Shown: positions 1 through 9,801, counted from the stretch's first letter. The stretch is 64,000 nucleotides of DNA from an uncultured Gammaproteobacteria bacterium (GCA_913052565.1 CAJXFH010000002.1:39324-103323); one strand, 5' to 3'. Notes: generated by a model not told the origin, from the sequence alone. Translations and numbers: made by a program.

Positions 1-1
1 C

Positions 2-706
2 AGATCATCTGTCTCTACATATGGAGCAATAAGCCTTGCTAAAGAAGCATGCGCAGGCCTCCTTTTTTCAAAAGAAGTCAAAAATCTTCGCGCAGCACTT
101 AATGAGGATAATCAGATTATAAGCATCATCGGTGGATCAAAGATTTCGACAAAGCTATCTGTTATTGAGAATCTCATTGAAAAATCTCAAAGTGTTTTAG
201 TGGGAGGGGGCATTGCAAACACATTCATAAAGGCCAGTGGTTTTGAGGTGGGTGCTTCATTGGTAGAGGACGAAATGCTAGATATTTCGAAAAGACTTCT
301 TCAAACAAACAAAATAATACTTCCTAAAAAAGTTTACACTGCTGAATCTCCTCAATCGACAATTGTTAGTTCGGTGAACATTGATCAGGTTAAGAAAAAT
401 GAAATGATTTTAGATATAGAATTTAATGAATCTGAAGTTTCTAAAAAAAATTCTCCTTTTATTCTGTGGAATGGTCCTTTGGGAATATTTGAGATTGAAC
501 AATTTTCAACTGGTACTCGACAACTCATAAATTTTTTAGGAGAGACAGACTCAAAAGTCATTGCAGGAGGAGGTGAAACGATTTATGCGATCAACAAATT
601 CTCTGAACTCAGCAAATTTCATTATGTTTCCACTGCTGGTGGTGCATTTTTGAAATATTTGTCAGGAGCACAACTACCATCTATAGAAGCATTAGAGTTA
701 AAATAA
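2..706 (+). CDS. pgk: Phosphoglycerate kinase, C-terminal part (5' end lies outside the window)
   Basis: The frame is open from nt 2 with no stop. Translation ...IISIIGGSKISTKLSVIENL...VGGGIANTF..., AGGGETIYAI and STAGGAFLKYL match Pgk signatures. Confidence 0.9.
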   Translation, partial: RSSVSTYGAISLAKEACAGLLFSKEVKNLRAALNEDNQIISIIGGSKISTKLSVIENLIEKSQSVLVGGGIANTFIKASGFEVGASLVEDEMLDISKRLLQTNKIILPKKVYTAESPQSTIVSSVNIDQVKKNEMILDIEFNESEVSKKNSPFILWNGPLGIFEIEQFSTGTRQLINFLGETDSKVIAGGGETIYAINKFSELSKFHYVSTAGGAFLKYLSGAQLPSIEALELK

Positions 707-710
707 TCTA

Positions 711-1724
711 ATGGACTTAAATTCACTTTCTGACATAGCAAACTATATTGTTAGCAATGGCAAAGGTATCTTAGCCGCAGATGAGAGCAACCCAACTTGT
801 AAAAAAAGGTTCGATACTATTCAGGTTGATTGCACAGAAGAGAGCAGAAGGAATTACAGGAATATGCTTTTTTCGGCAGATGGTATGAAAGACAATATTG
901 GTGGGGTGATTCTTTTTGATGAAACCATTAGACAAGAATCGATTGATGGAAAGCCACTTACAGAAATAATCTTAATGAATGGTGCGCTCCCAGGCATAAA
1001 AGTAGACAAAGGATTACTTCCTTTTAATAACTCAGAAGTAGAAACAATAACTCAAGGATTAGATGGTTTGCATGAGAGATGCCATGAGTATGAAAGGATG
1101 GGAGCTAAATTCACTAAATGGCGCGCTGTAATTAATATTGGTAAAGATATGCCTACACAAGAGTGCATAGATGCCAACATGGAAGCGTTGGCTAAGTACG
1201 CAAAGATAGCTCAAGAAAATAAAATGGTTCCTATAGTTGAACCTGAAATTCTAATCAATGGCAATCATTCCATAGATGATTGTTTTAATGCTACCTCAAG
1301 GTCAATCAAAGCTTTATTTGATTACCTTGATAGCTATGATGTAGATGTAAAAGGAACTCTTCTTAAGCCGAATATGATTACTGCAGGCGCTGATCATAGC
1401 AACAAGTCATCTGTGGAGGAGGTTGCTGAATATACTCTTAAATGCTTAAAAGAAAATGTCCCATCTGATCTTCCCGGTATTACATTTCTTTCTGGTGGCC
1501 AAACAGAAATTGAATCTACCGAGCATCTTGATGCCATGAATAAACTCGAAGAGTTGCCGTGGAAACTTAGTTTCTCTTATGGCAGAGCGCTTCAACAGTC
1601 TGCATTAAATGCATGGCTTGGAAAAGATGAAAATATGGCCGCAGCACAAAACGCTTTTTCTCACAGAGCACACATGAATAAGTTAGCAGCTTTGGGTGAA
1701 TGGTCAAAATCATTAGAGGGTTAA
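711..1724 (+). CDS. fba: Fructose-bisphosphate aldolase, class I
   Basis: 337 aa. GKGILAADES, GIKVDKG, LLKPNM (Schiff-base Lys region), FLSGGQ and SFSYGRALQ are class I aldolase motifs. Starts 4 nt after pgk. Confidence 0.9.
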   Translation: MDLNSLSDIANYIVSNGKGILAADESNPTCKKRFDTIQVDCTEESRRNYRNMLFSADGMKDNIGGVILFDETIRQESIDGKPLTEIILMNGALPGIKVDKGLLPFNNSEVETITQGLDGLHERCHEYERMGAKFTKWRAVINIGKDMPTQECIDANMEALAKYAKIAQENKMVPIVEPEILINGNHSIDDCFNATSRSIKALFDYLDSYDVDVKGTLLKPNMITAGADHSNKSSVEEVAEYTLKCLKENVPSDLPGITFLSGGQTEIESTEHLDAMNKLEELPWKLSFSYGRALQQSALNAWLGKDENMAAAQNAFSHRAHMNKLAALGEWSKSLEG

Positions 1725-2264
1725 GTGAAAACAGCCTGTGTGTTTTTATCTTCGCGTGAACCAAAAATTGAATTAGATGAAGATATAAAAAATTTTGCAT
1801 CTTTTATTTCAAAAAATAACTTAAAACTTATGTATGGTGGAGGAAAGTGTGGTTTGATGGGAAAACTATCAAAATCTGTGTTCGACAATGGAGGGAAAAC
1901 AATTGGAATAACTTTGCCTATGTTCGACGATATGGGAGTTACACCCGATTATTTAGACCAACTAACCACCGAAGAAAATTTCTACTTAAGAAAAAAAAGC
2001 ATGATTGATAAGTCTGATTTTTTTGTAATCTTCCCTGGAGGAGTTGGCACTGCTGATGAGTTTTTTGATATTTTTAATCATCTTTGCCTTGGTTTAGAAA
2101 ATAAGAATATATATGTGTTTAACAAAGATGATTGCTGGACTGATTTGCTTAAATGGATAGATAAAAATGTTGAACTAAACATGTTAAAAAATAAGCCAGA
2201 TGGTTTATTTGTATCTGAGACAATAAACGATCTACAAAATAGGATAGAGAAAAATGAATTTTGA
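1725..2264 (+). CDS. LOG family protein (TIGR00730, cytokinin riboside 5'-monophosphate phosphoribohydrolase-like)
   Basis: 179 aa with a GTG start. Has the GGGKCGLMG and PGGVGTADE motifs typical of LOG / lysine-decarboxylase-like proteins. Confidence 0.8.
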   Translation: MKTACVFLSSREPKIELDEDIKNFASFISKNNLKLMYGGGKCGLMGKLSKSVFDNGGKTIGITLPMFDDMGVTPDYLDQLTTEENFYLRKKSMIDKSDFFVIFPGGVGTADEFFDIFNHLCLGLENKNIYVFNKDDCWTDLLKWIDKNVELNMLKNKPDGLFVSETINDLQNRIEKNEF

Positions 2265-4164
2265 CATTAAAGATTTCCAGAATCCAAGCATTAAGGATTT
2301 TGCAGAGTATAAAGAAATGTATGAACGCTCAATAAATGAGCCTGATAAATTTTTCCTAGAGCAGGCAAATAAGCATATTTCTTGGTTTCAAAGACCAACA
2401 AAAGGCTCATCTGGCTCATTTGAAAAACCAGCCTGGTTTGAAGACGGAAAGTTAAATATTTCTTATAACTGTATTGATAGACATTGTGAAAGTAGGCCTA
2501 ATGATACAGCTATTATTTGGCAGGGCGACGATAAGGATAGTTCAAACAAAATATCTTTTTCTGAGTTATTGGCAGAAGTATCTAGGCTCGCTAATGCTTT
2601 GAAAAAAATTGGTGTAAAAAAAGGCGATCGTATTTGCATTTATATGCCAATGATTCCTCAAGCAGCTTATGCAATGTTTGCATGTATGCGGCTTGGCGCA
2701 GTTCATTCAGTTGTATTTGGTGGTTTTTCTCCAGAGGCAATTAGTTCAAGGATATTAGATTCAGATTGTAGATATGTTATTACAGCTGATGAAGGCATAA
2801 GGGGAGGAAAAAAAATACCCCTAAAAAACAGCGTAGACCAAGCTTTAGAGAAATGTCCTGATGTCAAACACTGCATTGTTTATCGCTACACAAATACAGA
2901 TATTTTTTGGGACGAGGAAAGAGATCTTGACTATAAGACAATTACAGAGGGTGAAGAGGACTTTTGTGAATGTGAATCTTTAGGCTCTGAGGATCCATCT
3001 TTTATACTTTATACATCTGGCTCCACAGGAAAACCAAAAGGTGTTATGCATACTACAGGCGGTTATTTATTAGGAGCCTGTTTATCTTTTAAGTATATTT
3101 TTGGTTACTCCGAAAAAGACATTTACTGGTGTACTGCAGATGTCGGCTGGATTACAGGACATACCTATATACTTTATGGTCCCCTTTGTAATGGTGCTAC
3201 GACTTTGATGTTTGAGGGCATTCCAACTTATCCAGATCCCTCACGATTTTGGGAGGTTTGTGATCAACATAATGTAAATATTTTTTATACAGCTCCAACT
3301 GCCATTAGAGCATTAATAGCAAAAGGGGAAAAATTTTTGTCTTCATCAACTAGATCAAGCCTTAAAGTATTGGGCACTGTAGGTGAACCAATAAATCCCG
3401 AGGTTTGGGAGTGGTATTTTTCAAAAGTTGGAAATTCACGTTGTGAGGTGGTTGATACATGGTGGCAAACTGAAACAGGTTCAGTTCTCATTTCACCTAT
3501 TGCTGGCATTACGCCAAAAAAACCAGGATCAGCTACACTACCATTTTTTGGGGTTCTTCCATCGCTTGTGAATACAGATGGTGTTGAACAGAAAGGGGAT
3601 GTAAAAGGCAATCTATGTATCAATCAAAGCTGGCCAAGTCAGATAAGAACGGTATATGGAGATCATCAAAGAATGGTAGATACATATTTTTCTCAATATC
3701 ACGGCAAATATTTTACTGGTGATGGAGCTAGACGAGATGCAGATGGATATTATTGGGTGACTGGCAGGGTTGATGATGTGTTAAATGTATCAGGACACAG
3801 AATTGGAACAGCAGAGGTAGAAAGCGCTATTGTCACACATAAAGATGTAGCTGAATCAGCAGTTGTTGGGATAGAACACCCAATTAAAGGTCAAGCTATT
3901 TATGCATACGTAATCTTAAAGGATACTGAAAAAAAATTAGATGACCTTGAAGTTGAAATTGTCGAAATCGTATCAAAAGTTATTGGAAAAATAGCTAAGC
4001 CAGAAAAAATACATTTTACAAAGGATCTTCCGAAAACAAGATCGGGAAAAATCATGCGTAGAATTCTTAGAAAAATTGCTAATGATGATACTGATAACCT
4101 AGGTGATGTGACTACATTAGCAGATCCAAATATTGTTCAGCAGCTGATAGATTCAAAAAAATAG
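2254..4164 (+). CDS. acs: Acetyl-CoA synthetase
   Basis: 636 aa. AMP-binding YTSGSTGKPKG, WWQTETG, TGDGARRDADGYYWVTGRVDDV and PKTRSGKIMRR. Confidence 0.95.
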   Translation: MNFDIKDFQNPSIKDFAEYKEMYERSINEPDKFFLEQANKHISWFQRPTKGSSGSFEKPAWFEDGKLNISYNCIDRHCESRPNDTAIIWQGDDKDSSNKISFSELLAEVSRLANALKKIGVKKGDRICIYMPMIPQAAYAMFACMRLGAVHSVVFGGFSPEAISSRILDSDCRYVITADEGIRGGKKIPLKNSVDQALEKCPDVKHCIVYRYTNTDIFWDEERDLDYKTITEGEEDFCECESLGSEDPSFILYTSGSTGKPKGVMHTTGGYLLGACLSFKYIFGYSEKDIYWCTADVGWITGHTYILYGPLCNGATTLMFEGIPTYPDPSRFWEVCDQHNVNIFYTAPTAIRALIAKGEKFLSSSTRSSLKVLGTVGEPINPEVWEWYFSKVGNSRCEVVDTWWQTETGSVLISPIAGITPKKPGSATLPFFGVLPSLVNTDGVEQKGDVKGNLCINQSWPSQIRTVYGDHQRMVDTYFSQYHGKYFTGDGARRDADGYYWVTGRVDDVLNVSGHRIGTAEVESAIVTHKDVAESAVVGIEHPIKGQAIYAYVILKDTEKKLDDLEVEIVEIVSKVIGKIAKPEKIHFTKDLPKTRSGKIMRRILRKIANDDTDNLGDVTTLADPNIVQQLIDSKK

Positions 4165-4207
4165 CGAGATCAACTGACACGGCAAAAGCCGCATCAATTG
4201 AGAGGTA

Positions 4208-4504
4208 TTAAATTTGTTTTAGCCCGTCCCATTTGCAAGTTTTAATGCCGCTTGCACTTTCTACTTTAAAGGAGTTTGCAATTTTCTCATTTTCAAAATA
4301 GATCTTATGGAATAATCGGTTTGTAGGGCAGCTATTTTTCGTTAAAACATTGCCAACAAGTGTTTTACCGCTGGATAACTGAAAAATTATCTGATTATTA
4401 TTAGTGAAACTTATGTCTGTAATGTCAGCGCTTTTGAAATCAGCATTAGAGTGAGCAATACAGGACAACAAAGTGAACCCAATGACCAATAAAAATTTTT
4501 TCAT
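4208..4504 (-). CDS. Small secreted protein or lipoprotein, unknown function
   Basis: 98 aa. N-terminal signal peptide MKKFLLVIGFTLLSC with a lipobox-like LLSC, plus two further Cys. I recognise no family. Confidence 0.5.
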   Translation of the reverse strand: MKKFLLVIGFTLLSCIAHSNADFKSADITDISFTNNNQIIFQLSSGKTLVGNVLTKNSCPTNRLFHKIYFENEKIANSFKVESASGIKTCKWDGLKQI

Positions 4505-4521
4505 AGCTTTATATTAACAGA

Positions 4522-4539
4522 TTGTCACATTTCTGTCAC
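4522..4539. promoter_or_regulatory. Direct repeat TTGTCAC-ATTT-CTGTCAC with 11-bp phasing (Pho-box-like, OmpR/PhoB-type site)
   Basis: Two 7-bp repeats separated by 4 AT bp, 18-35 bp upstream of the 4504 start codon. Resembles the Pho box CTGTCATA(A/T)A(A/T)CTGTCA(C/T). On the minus strand GTGACA-17 nt-TAATAT would also form a sigma70-like promoter. Confidence 0.3.
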
Positions 4540-4691
4540 ATTATTGTAATTTAAATGTTGAATAAGAAAATTAGTTGTTTTCTTTTGCTTCAGAGATATT
4601 GGCGTTGTGCTTTTTCTTTCTTGAATACTTCTTTTTATCAGGTTCAATTTTATGTTTATATTTTGGTGTCCTTAAGTCTTTAACTAATGGA

Positions 4692-5405
4692 TTACGCTTC
4701 TTTTTTTTCATTACTGAAAATGATTCCTATTTCAAAAAGCAAATACATTGGAACTGCCATCAAGAATTGTGATATCACATCAGGTGGTGTAAAAAGCATT
4801 CCAAAAACAAAGCAAATTACAAGAACTACCCCTCTGTAATCTTTAAGCTTCTTTTTTCCAATAATATTTAGCAATATAAGCGCATTTACAAACACAGGAA
4901 CCTGAAACGCAATTCCGAACCCAATTAAAATTGTTAAAACAAAACTAAGAAAATTTGAAATATCTGTACTTACAGTAATTGATTCAGGACCTACCGATTG
5001 AAAAAAATTTAAAACATTAGGCAAAACAACTAAAAAACAGAATGTAATCCCTAAAAAAAATAGTATTGCACCAAAAATTGCACGAGTAAAAATGATTGAT
5101 TTTTCATTTGGATATAAGCCAGGCGACATGTACTTAAGTACTTGATATAGCCAAAAAGGCATACTCGCCATAGCAGCTAGATAGGCTGAAAGTTTAAGAG
5201 GTACTATGAATGGAGAAGCAACCTCAACTGCAATCAACTGAATGCTTGTAAAGTTATTTAAATATCCAGTAATTGTCTCAAAGAAAAAATTATTAAAAGG
5301 ATAAATGCACAAGAAACTTAGAATAAAAAAAATTAACATGTAAAGTAGTCTTCTTCTAAGCTCAACAAAATGATCTCCAATATTACTCATTTTTTTCTTT
5401 TTCAA
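4692..5405 (-). CDS. tatC: Twin-arginine translocase subunit TatC
   Basis: 237 aa polytopic membrane protein. N-terminal HFVELRRRLL motif, six hydrophobic segments, and tatA-tatB-tatC order. Confidence 0.9.
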   Translation of the reverse strand: MKKKKMSNIGDHFVELRRRLLYMLIFFILSFLCIYPFNNFFFETITGYLNNFTSIQLIAVEVASPFIVPLKLSAYLAAMASMPFWLYQVLKYMSPGLYPNEKSIIFTRAIFGAILFFLGITFCFLVVLPNVLNFFQSVGPESITVSTDISNFLSFVLTILIGFGIAFQVPVFVNALILLNIIGKKKLKDYRGVVLVICFVFGMLFTPPDVISQFLMAVPMYLLFEIGIIFSNEKKEA

Positions 5406-5619
5406 ATTCCCTCATTTTGGTTTCATTAAAAATATCTTGTTTTAACTCTTGCACATTAAGCTCTTTCTCTAAGTCTTCTTTTGTTGAAGTAGCAAAATTT
5501 TGGAGTTGAATGAAAAACTTATAGATCGTTTTAATATATCCCTGAATTTTTTCTGGCTTCACAGAAAAAAAAGCTACAAGAAGTATTATTAAAAGTTCAG
5601 GAATCCCTATTTGGATCAT
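5383..5619 (-). CDS. tatB: Twin-arginine translocase subunit TatB
   Basis: 78 aa. N-terminal MIQIGIPELLIILLVAFF TM helix followed by a charged amphipathic region. Sits between tatA and tatC. Confidence 0.75.
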   Translation of the reverse strand: MIQIGIPELLIILLVAFFSVKPEKIQGYIKTIYKFFIQLQNFATSTKEDLEKELNVQELKQDIFNETKMREFEKEKNE

Positions 5620-5755
5620 CTTCTTCTTTTATTTCTTTTTTAAAGCCTTTAAGCGCTTTGCCCAGGTCAGAGCCCATTGATTTCATGCGTGAGGTTCCAA
5701 AGATGAGCACAATAATTAATAAAACAACTAAAATTTGCCAAAAACCTATACTCAT
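5597..5755 (-). CDS. tatA: Twin-arginine translocase subunit TatA (52 aa, absent from the ORF track)
   Basis: Hand translation of the minus strand gives MSIGFWQILVVLLIIVLIFGTSRMKSMGSDLGKALKGFKKEIKEEDDPNRDS*. This matches the TatA/E consensus (TM helix, FG hinge, GxxLGxxxKGFKK). The ATG overlaps the ubiB stop (ATGA). Confidence 0.8.
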   Translation of the reverse strand: MSIGFWQILVVLLIIVLIFGTSRMKSMGSDLGKALKGFKKEIKEEDDPNRDS

Positions 5756-7143
5756 ATCTCTTCTCCTGTTTCCTCTGAAAACTTATATTTTGATTCTTCA
5801 ATTTTTTTCAGAATCATATATGTAAGTATATGTTTTTTTGAGACAAGATACTTAATTAAACCTTTGACACTATACTTGTCTTTGAGCCATTTTTTTATGA
5901 AAGGATCTGCAACTGACCAAAAGTCTAGATCAGGGTAGATTTGCCTACCCATACCTTCAATATGAATTAAAGTTTTCACTAGCAGAATAAGGTCATTATC
6001 CAGAAATAAATCAAACTGTTTCATTCCGTCAAATAAGTTTAAGAGTAATTCACCGAATAAAATTTCATTAAGTGGTTTATCAAGTAAGCTTTCGCAATTT
6101 GCACGGAGTACAGCCTCAAGGTCCTCTGTTTTTGTTTTTTCGTCTACCCACTCAGCAAAAATAAATAATTGAGCAAGTGAAAAGAAATCTCTATCAAGCA
6201 AACATGAAATCATTTGTGCTAAAAGGATCTGGTTTGATTCTGTGAGTGATCCACATATTGCATAATCAACAGCATAATAATAAGGATCATTTGGTTTATC
6301 TTTGGCTGCAAAGATATTTCCTGGATGCATGTCTGCATGGAAAAAATTATCCTCAAAAACTTGCTTTAAGAAAATCTGAACACCATTTTCCGATAGTTTT
6401 TTTAAATCAAGCCCATAAGCTCGGAGATTTGAAACATTTGTAATTGGTTCTCCGTCTATGTATTCCATTACTAAAGTTTTTTTAGTGGTAAATTCATCAT
6501 GAATTCTTGGTACATATAGAAATGAACTGTGAGCAAAATTACTAAAAGTCTTTTTTGCATTTGCAGCTTCAAGCCTGAAATCAAGCTCATTTGTTATTAC
6601 TTTTTCATAGTCATTTACAACAAGATTTAGATCTACACGTGGATATCCCTTATAAAAGAATCTCAATGCTTTCACAGCAAATCGCAAAGCATCAATATCT
6701 CTTTGAATCTGTTTTTCAAGACCAGGCCTTTGAACTTTTACAACTAATTCTTCATTGTTCAGTGTTACTCTATGAACTTGAGCTAGCGAAGCAGATGCTA
6801 AGGGCACCGCATCAATATTCTTTAGTAAGGTATCTGCTCGTTGACCAAGATTTCTTTTCAATTCCTCCTTGATGTACGAAAAATCTATAGGCTCGCAGCT
6901 ATCAGTGAGCTCTTTAAGATTGCTAGCTAGTTCTTGACTAATAAGGTCAGTCCTGGTTGAAAGCAGTTGCCCAAGTTTTATAAATACGGGCCCAAGATTC
7001 TCAAGCGATTTCTTAAATTTATTTTCAATATCTTTAGGTCTTGCAAACTGTTTTAAAAAGGGATTGAATCCATCAACAAAAAGATGAAATATTCCACTTG
7101 ATCTTAGTGTAAAGAAGATTTCAAGAAGCCTTAATATTTTCAT
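5752..7143 (-). CDS. ubiB: Ubiquinone biosynthesis regulatory kinase-like protein UbiB (ABC1 family)
   Basis: 463 aa. LGPVFIKLGQLLSTRTDL, ASLAQVH and HADMHPGNIF. Follows the ubiE-ubiB-tatABC order. Confidence 0.9.
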   Translation of the reverse strand: MKILRLLEIFFTLRSSGIFHLFVDGFNPFLKQFARPKDIENKFKKSLENLGPVFIKLGQLLSTRTDLISQELASNLKELTDSCEPIDFSYIKEELKRNLGQRADTLLKNIDAVPLASASLAQVHRVTLNNEELVVKVQRPGLEKQIQRDIDALRFAVKALRFFYKGYPRVDLNLVVNDYEKVITNELDFRLEAANAKKTFSNFAHSSFLYVPRIHDEFTTKKTLVMEYIDGEPITNVSNLRAYGLDLKKLSENGVQIFLKQVFEDNFFHADMHPGNIFAAKDKPNDPYYYAVDYAICGSLTESNQILLAQMISCLLDRDFFSLAQLFIFAEWVDEKTKTEDLEAVLRANCESLLDKPLNEILFGELLLNLFDGMKQFDLFLDNDLILLVKTLIHIEGMGRQIYPDLDFWSVADPFIKKWLKDKYSVKGLIKYLVSKKHILTYMILKKIEESKYKFSEETGEEI

Positions 7144-7889
7144 TTTATTCCTTTATGAATTGACACTATTCCTTTAAAAATATTTTCATAACTGACTGAA
7201 CTGAATCCTGCTTCATTGAAAAGTTTCACGAGCTCTTCTTGATTCTCATGAGTTCTTATAGACTTTACCAGATATTCATAACTGGCTTTATCACCGGAAA
7301 CTAGCTCTCCTAAAGTTGGAATTACATTAAAGCTATAAAAGTCATAAAGCTTATTGAATGATTCTCCCTCAGGCTTTGAAAATTCAAGAATTTGCAATTG
7401 ACCGCCTTCTTTAAGAACTCTCATTATTTCTTTCAATGCCTTTGGTTTGTCTGAAAAGTTTCTGAAACCAAAAGATATGAATACATGATCAAAGAAACTA
7501 TCTGAATATGGTAGCTTTTCAGCACTTGACACAGCAAAATGACATTTATTAATAAACCCTTCATTTACTGATCTTTCTTTAGCTTGATCAATCATATCTG
7601 AATTTTGATCACACAAATACACAGTTTTACCTTTAACTTTTTTTGACAAAATTTTTGAAATATCTCCTGTTCCTGCAGCCAAATCCAAACATTTATGATT
7701 TCTTTCAACCGCTGCAGAATTAACATAAGAGGATTTCCATAATCTATGCATGCCCACTGACATCAAATCATTCATAAGATCATAATTATCTGAAACTCTG
7801 GAAAATATATCCTCTACTCCAGTCTTCTTTTGCCCCTTGGAAACTTTCTTGTCTCCAAAGAATACTTTTTGATTATCTTTATCGCTCAT
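7140..7889 (-). CDS. ubiE: Demethylmenaquinone/ubiquinone C-methyltransferase UbiE
   Basis: 249 aa. DNYDLMNDLMSVGMHRLWK and the SAM motif LDLAAGTGD. Confidence 0.9.
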   Translation of the reverse strand: MSDKDNQKVFFGDKKVSKGQKKTGVEDIFSRVSDNYDLMNDLMSVGMHRLWKSSYVNSAAVERNHKCLDLAAGTGDISKILSKKVKGKTVYLCDQNSDMIDQAKERSVNEGFINKCHFAVSSAEKLPYSDSFFDHVFISFGFRNFSDKPKALKEIMRVLKEGGQLQILEFSKPEGESFNKLYDFYSFNVIPTLGELVSGDKASYEYLVKSIRTHENQEELVKLFNEAGFSSVSYENIFKGIVSIHKGIK

Positions 7890-7921
7890 ATAGTATTATT
7901 GTGTTGAGAGAAAAAGTATAA

Positions 7922-8458
7922 ATGACAAATACAAATTTACTAGCTTGGATAGATCTTGAAATGACAGGCTTAGACCCTGAGAAGCACCATATAATTGAAA
8001 TAGCAAGCCTTGTTACCGATTCAGATCTCAACATAGTTGAAGAGGGGCCAGAAATTGCAGTTTCTCAGACTGATAGTGTCCTTTCGTTAATGAATGACTG
8101 GAATGTAAATCAACATACGTCATCAGGATTGGTAAAAAAAATTAAAGATAGCTCTATTGTTTTGTCTGAAGCAGAAAAAATGACATTAGATTTTTTTAAA
8201 AAACATATAAAACAGCATAAATCTCCACTTTGTGGTAGCAGCGTGTCACATGATAGAAGATTTCTAATAAAACATATGCCTAGATTAGCTAACCATTTCC
8301 ATTATCGGCACATTGATGTGAGTTCATTCAAAGAAGTAATAAAAAGATGGAGCCCTGGTGCAGAAGAATTCCAAAAAAAATCATCTCACAGGGCAATGGA
8401 TGATATTAAAGAATCTGTAAATGAGTTAAAGTTTTATAGAGAAAAATTTTTCAAATAA
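7922..8458 (+). CDS. orn: Oligoribonuclease
   Basis: 178 aa. DEDDh exonuclease motifs WIDLEMTGL and HRAMDDIKES. Confidence 0.9.
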   Translation: MTNTNLLAWIDLEMTGLDPEKHHIIEIASLVTDSDLNIVEEGPEIAVSQTDSVLSLMNDWNVNQHTSSGLVKKIKDSSIVLSEAEKMTLDFFKKHIKQHKSPLCGSSVSHDRRFLIKHMPRLANHFHYRHIDVSSFKEVIKRWSPGAEEFQKKSSHRAMDDIKESVNELKFYREKFFK

Positions 8459-8470
8459 CACCAAACTAAA

Positions 8471-9796
8471 ATGCCAAAAAAACTTTTTGTAAAAACCCAT
8501 GGTTGCCAGATGAATGAATATGATTCTGCGAAAATGATTGATTTGTTAAAGGCAGAGGAAGATTTCGAAATGGCAGAATCTGAAGACCAAGCCGACCTAC
8601 TTATTTTAAATACTTGCTCTATAAGAGAAAAAGCACAGGAAAGAGTTTTTCATCAAATTGGTAGATGGAGAAAAATAAAAGATAAAAACCCCAACTTAAA
8701 GATAGCTATAGGTGGTTGTGTTGCTTCACAAGAAGGTGAAAAAATCGTAAAGAGAGCACCAGCTGTTGATATTGTTTTTGGTCCTCAATCGCTCCATAAA
8801 CTACCTAGCCTTTACAACGAAAAAGAAAAAACAAAAAAATCACAAGTTGATATATCTTTTCCTAAGCTTGAAAAATTCGATCATATACCAGATCCAGAAA
8901 AAGGGCAGCCGTCCTCATTTGTTTCAATTGTTGAGGGCTGCAATAAGTATTGTTCGTTTTGTGTGGTTCCTAAAACACGGGGCCATGAAGTATCGAGAAC
9001 TGTAGAGGATATCTTGCATGAAGTCACTATTCTTGCAGAGAAAGGAACAAAGGAAATACATTTCTTGGGTCAGAATGTAAATAATTTTAAGGGATTGTAC
9101 AAAGGAGAGAAATCTTCACTCGCTAAATTAATAGAATTAACAGCAAAAATAGAAAACATCGAACGTATACGGTTTACAACTAGCCATCCACATGAATTCA
9201 AAGATGATCTTGTCGAAGCATATGCAAAAGTACCTCAGCTTGTAAGTCATGTTCATTTACCTGTCCAGAGCGGTTCAGACAGAATACTCAAGTTAATGAG
9301 AAGAAGATACACTGCAGAAAAATATTTAATGCTCATTGATAAGCTAAAAAAGGTAAGGCCTGATATGAGATTCTCATCAGATTTTATAATTGGTTTTCCA
9401 GGCGAAACAAGACAAGACTTCAAAGATACAATGAACATAATTAATGCGGTCAAGTTTGATGAGTCATATAGTTTTATATACAGCGCGAGGCCTGATACTC
9501 CTGCTGCAAACATGCAAGACGATGTCTCGCAAGAAGAAAAAAAGGAAAGGCTTGAAATACTTCAAAACAGACTGAATCAATTAGCATATGGGTATAGCAG
9601 AAAAATGGTAGGAACAAATCAAAAATGTCTTGTAATGGGTGTCTCAAAGAGAGATCCTGGACAACTACAAGCTCGAACTATATGTGACAGAGTTGTAAAT
9701 TTTAGGTCAGATAGTATTGATTTAGTTGGACAATTGATTAATATTCGAATTAATGATGCACTGCCAAATTCACTCAGAGGAACGCTTCAAAATTAA
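8471..9796 (+). CDS. miaB: tRNA-i6A37 methylthiotransferase MiaB
   Basis: 441 aa. N-terminal CQMNEYDS cluster, radical-SAM CNKYCSFCVVP and a C-terminal TRAM region. Confidence 0.95.
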   Translation: MPKKLFVKTHGCQMNEYDSAKMIDLLKAEEDFEMAESEDQADLLILNTCSIREKAQERVFHQIGRWRKIKDKNPNLKIAIGGCVASQEGEKIVKRAPAVDIVFGPQSLHKLPSLYNEKEKTKKSQVDISFPKLEKFDHIPDPEKGQPSSFVSIVEGCNKYCSFCVVPKTRGHEVSRTVEDILHEVTILAEKGTKEIHFLGQNVNNFKGLYKGEKSSLAKLIELTAKIENIERIRFTTSHPHEFKDDLVEAYAKVPQLVSHVHLPVQSGSDRILKLMRRRYTAEKYLMLIDKLKKVRPDMRFSSDFIIGFPGETRQDFKDTMNIINAVKFDESYSFIYSARPDTPAANMQDDVSQEEKKERLEILQNRLNQLAYGYSRKMVGTNQKCLVMGVSKRDPGQLQARTICDRVVNFRSDSIDLVGQLINIRINDALPNSLRGTLQN

Positions 9797-9801
9797 TAAT
9801 C

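Noticed and set aside
4171-4200. An imperfect hairpin, CAACTGACACGGC-AAAA-GCCGCATCAATTG, between the convergent acs and the small lipoprotein gene. It is a possible bidirectional terminator.
   Set aside because: Only a 4-bp perfect core, several mismatches, and no adjacent U-tract on either strand. This is too weak to call.
4575-4772. A 65-aa TTG-start ORF in the lipoprotein/tatC intergenic region that runs into tatC.
   Set aside because: The Phe/Leu-rich translation comes from a T-rich tract. It overlaps the tatC 3' end and has a non-ATG start with no ribosome-binding site.
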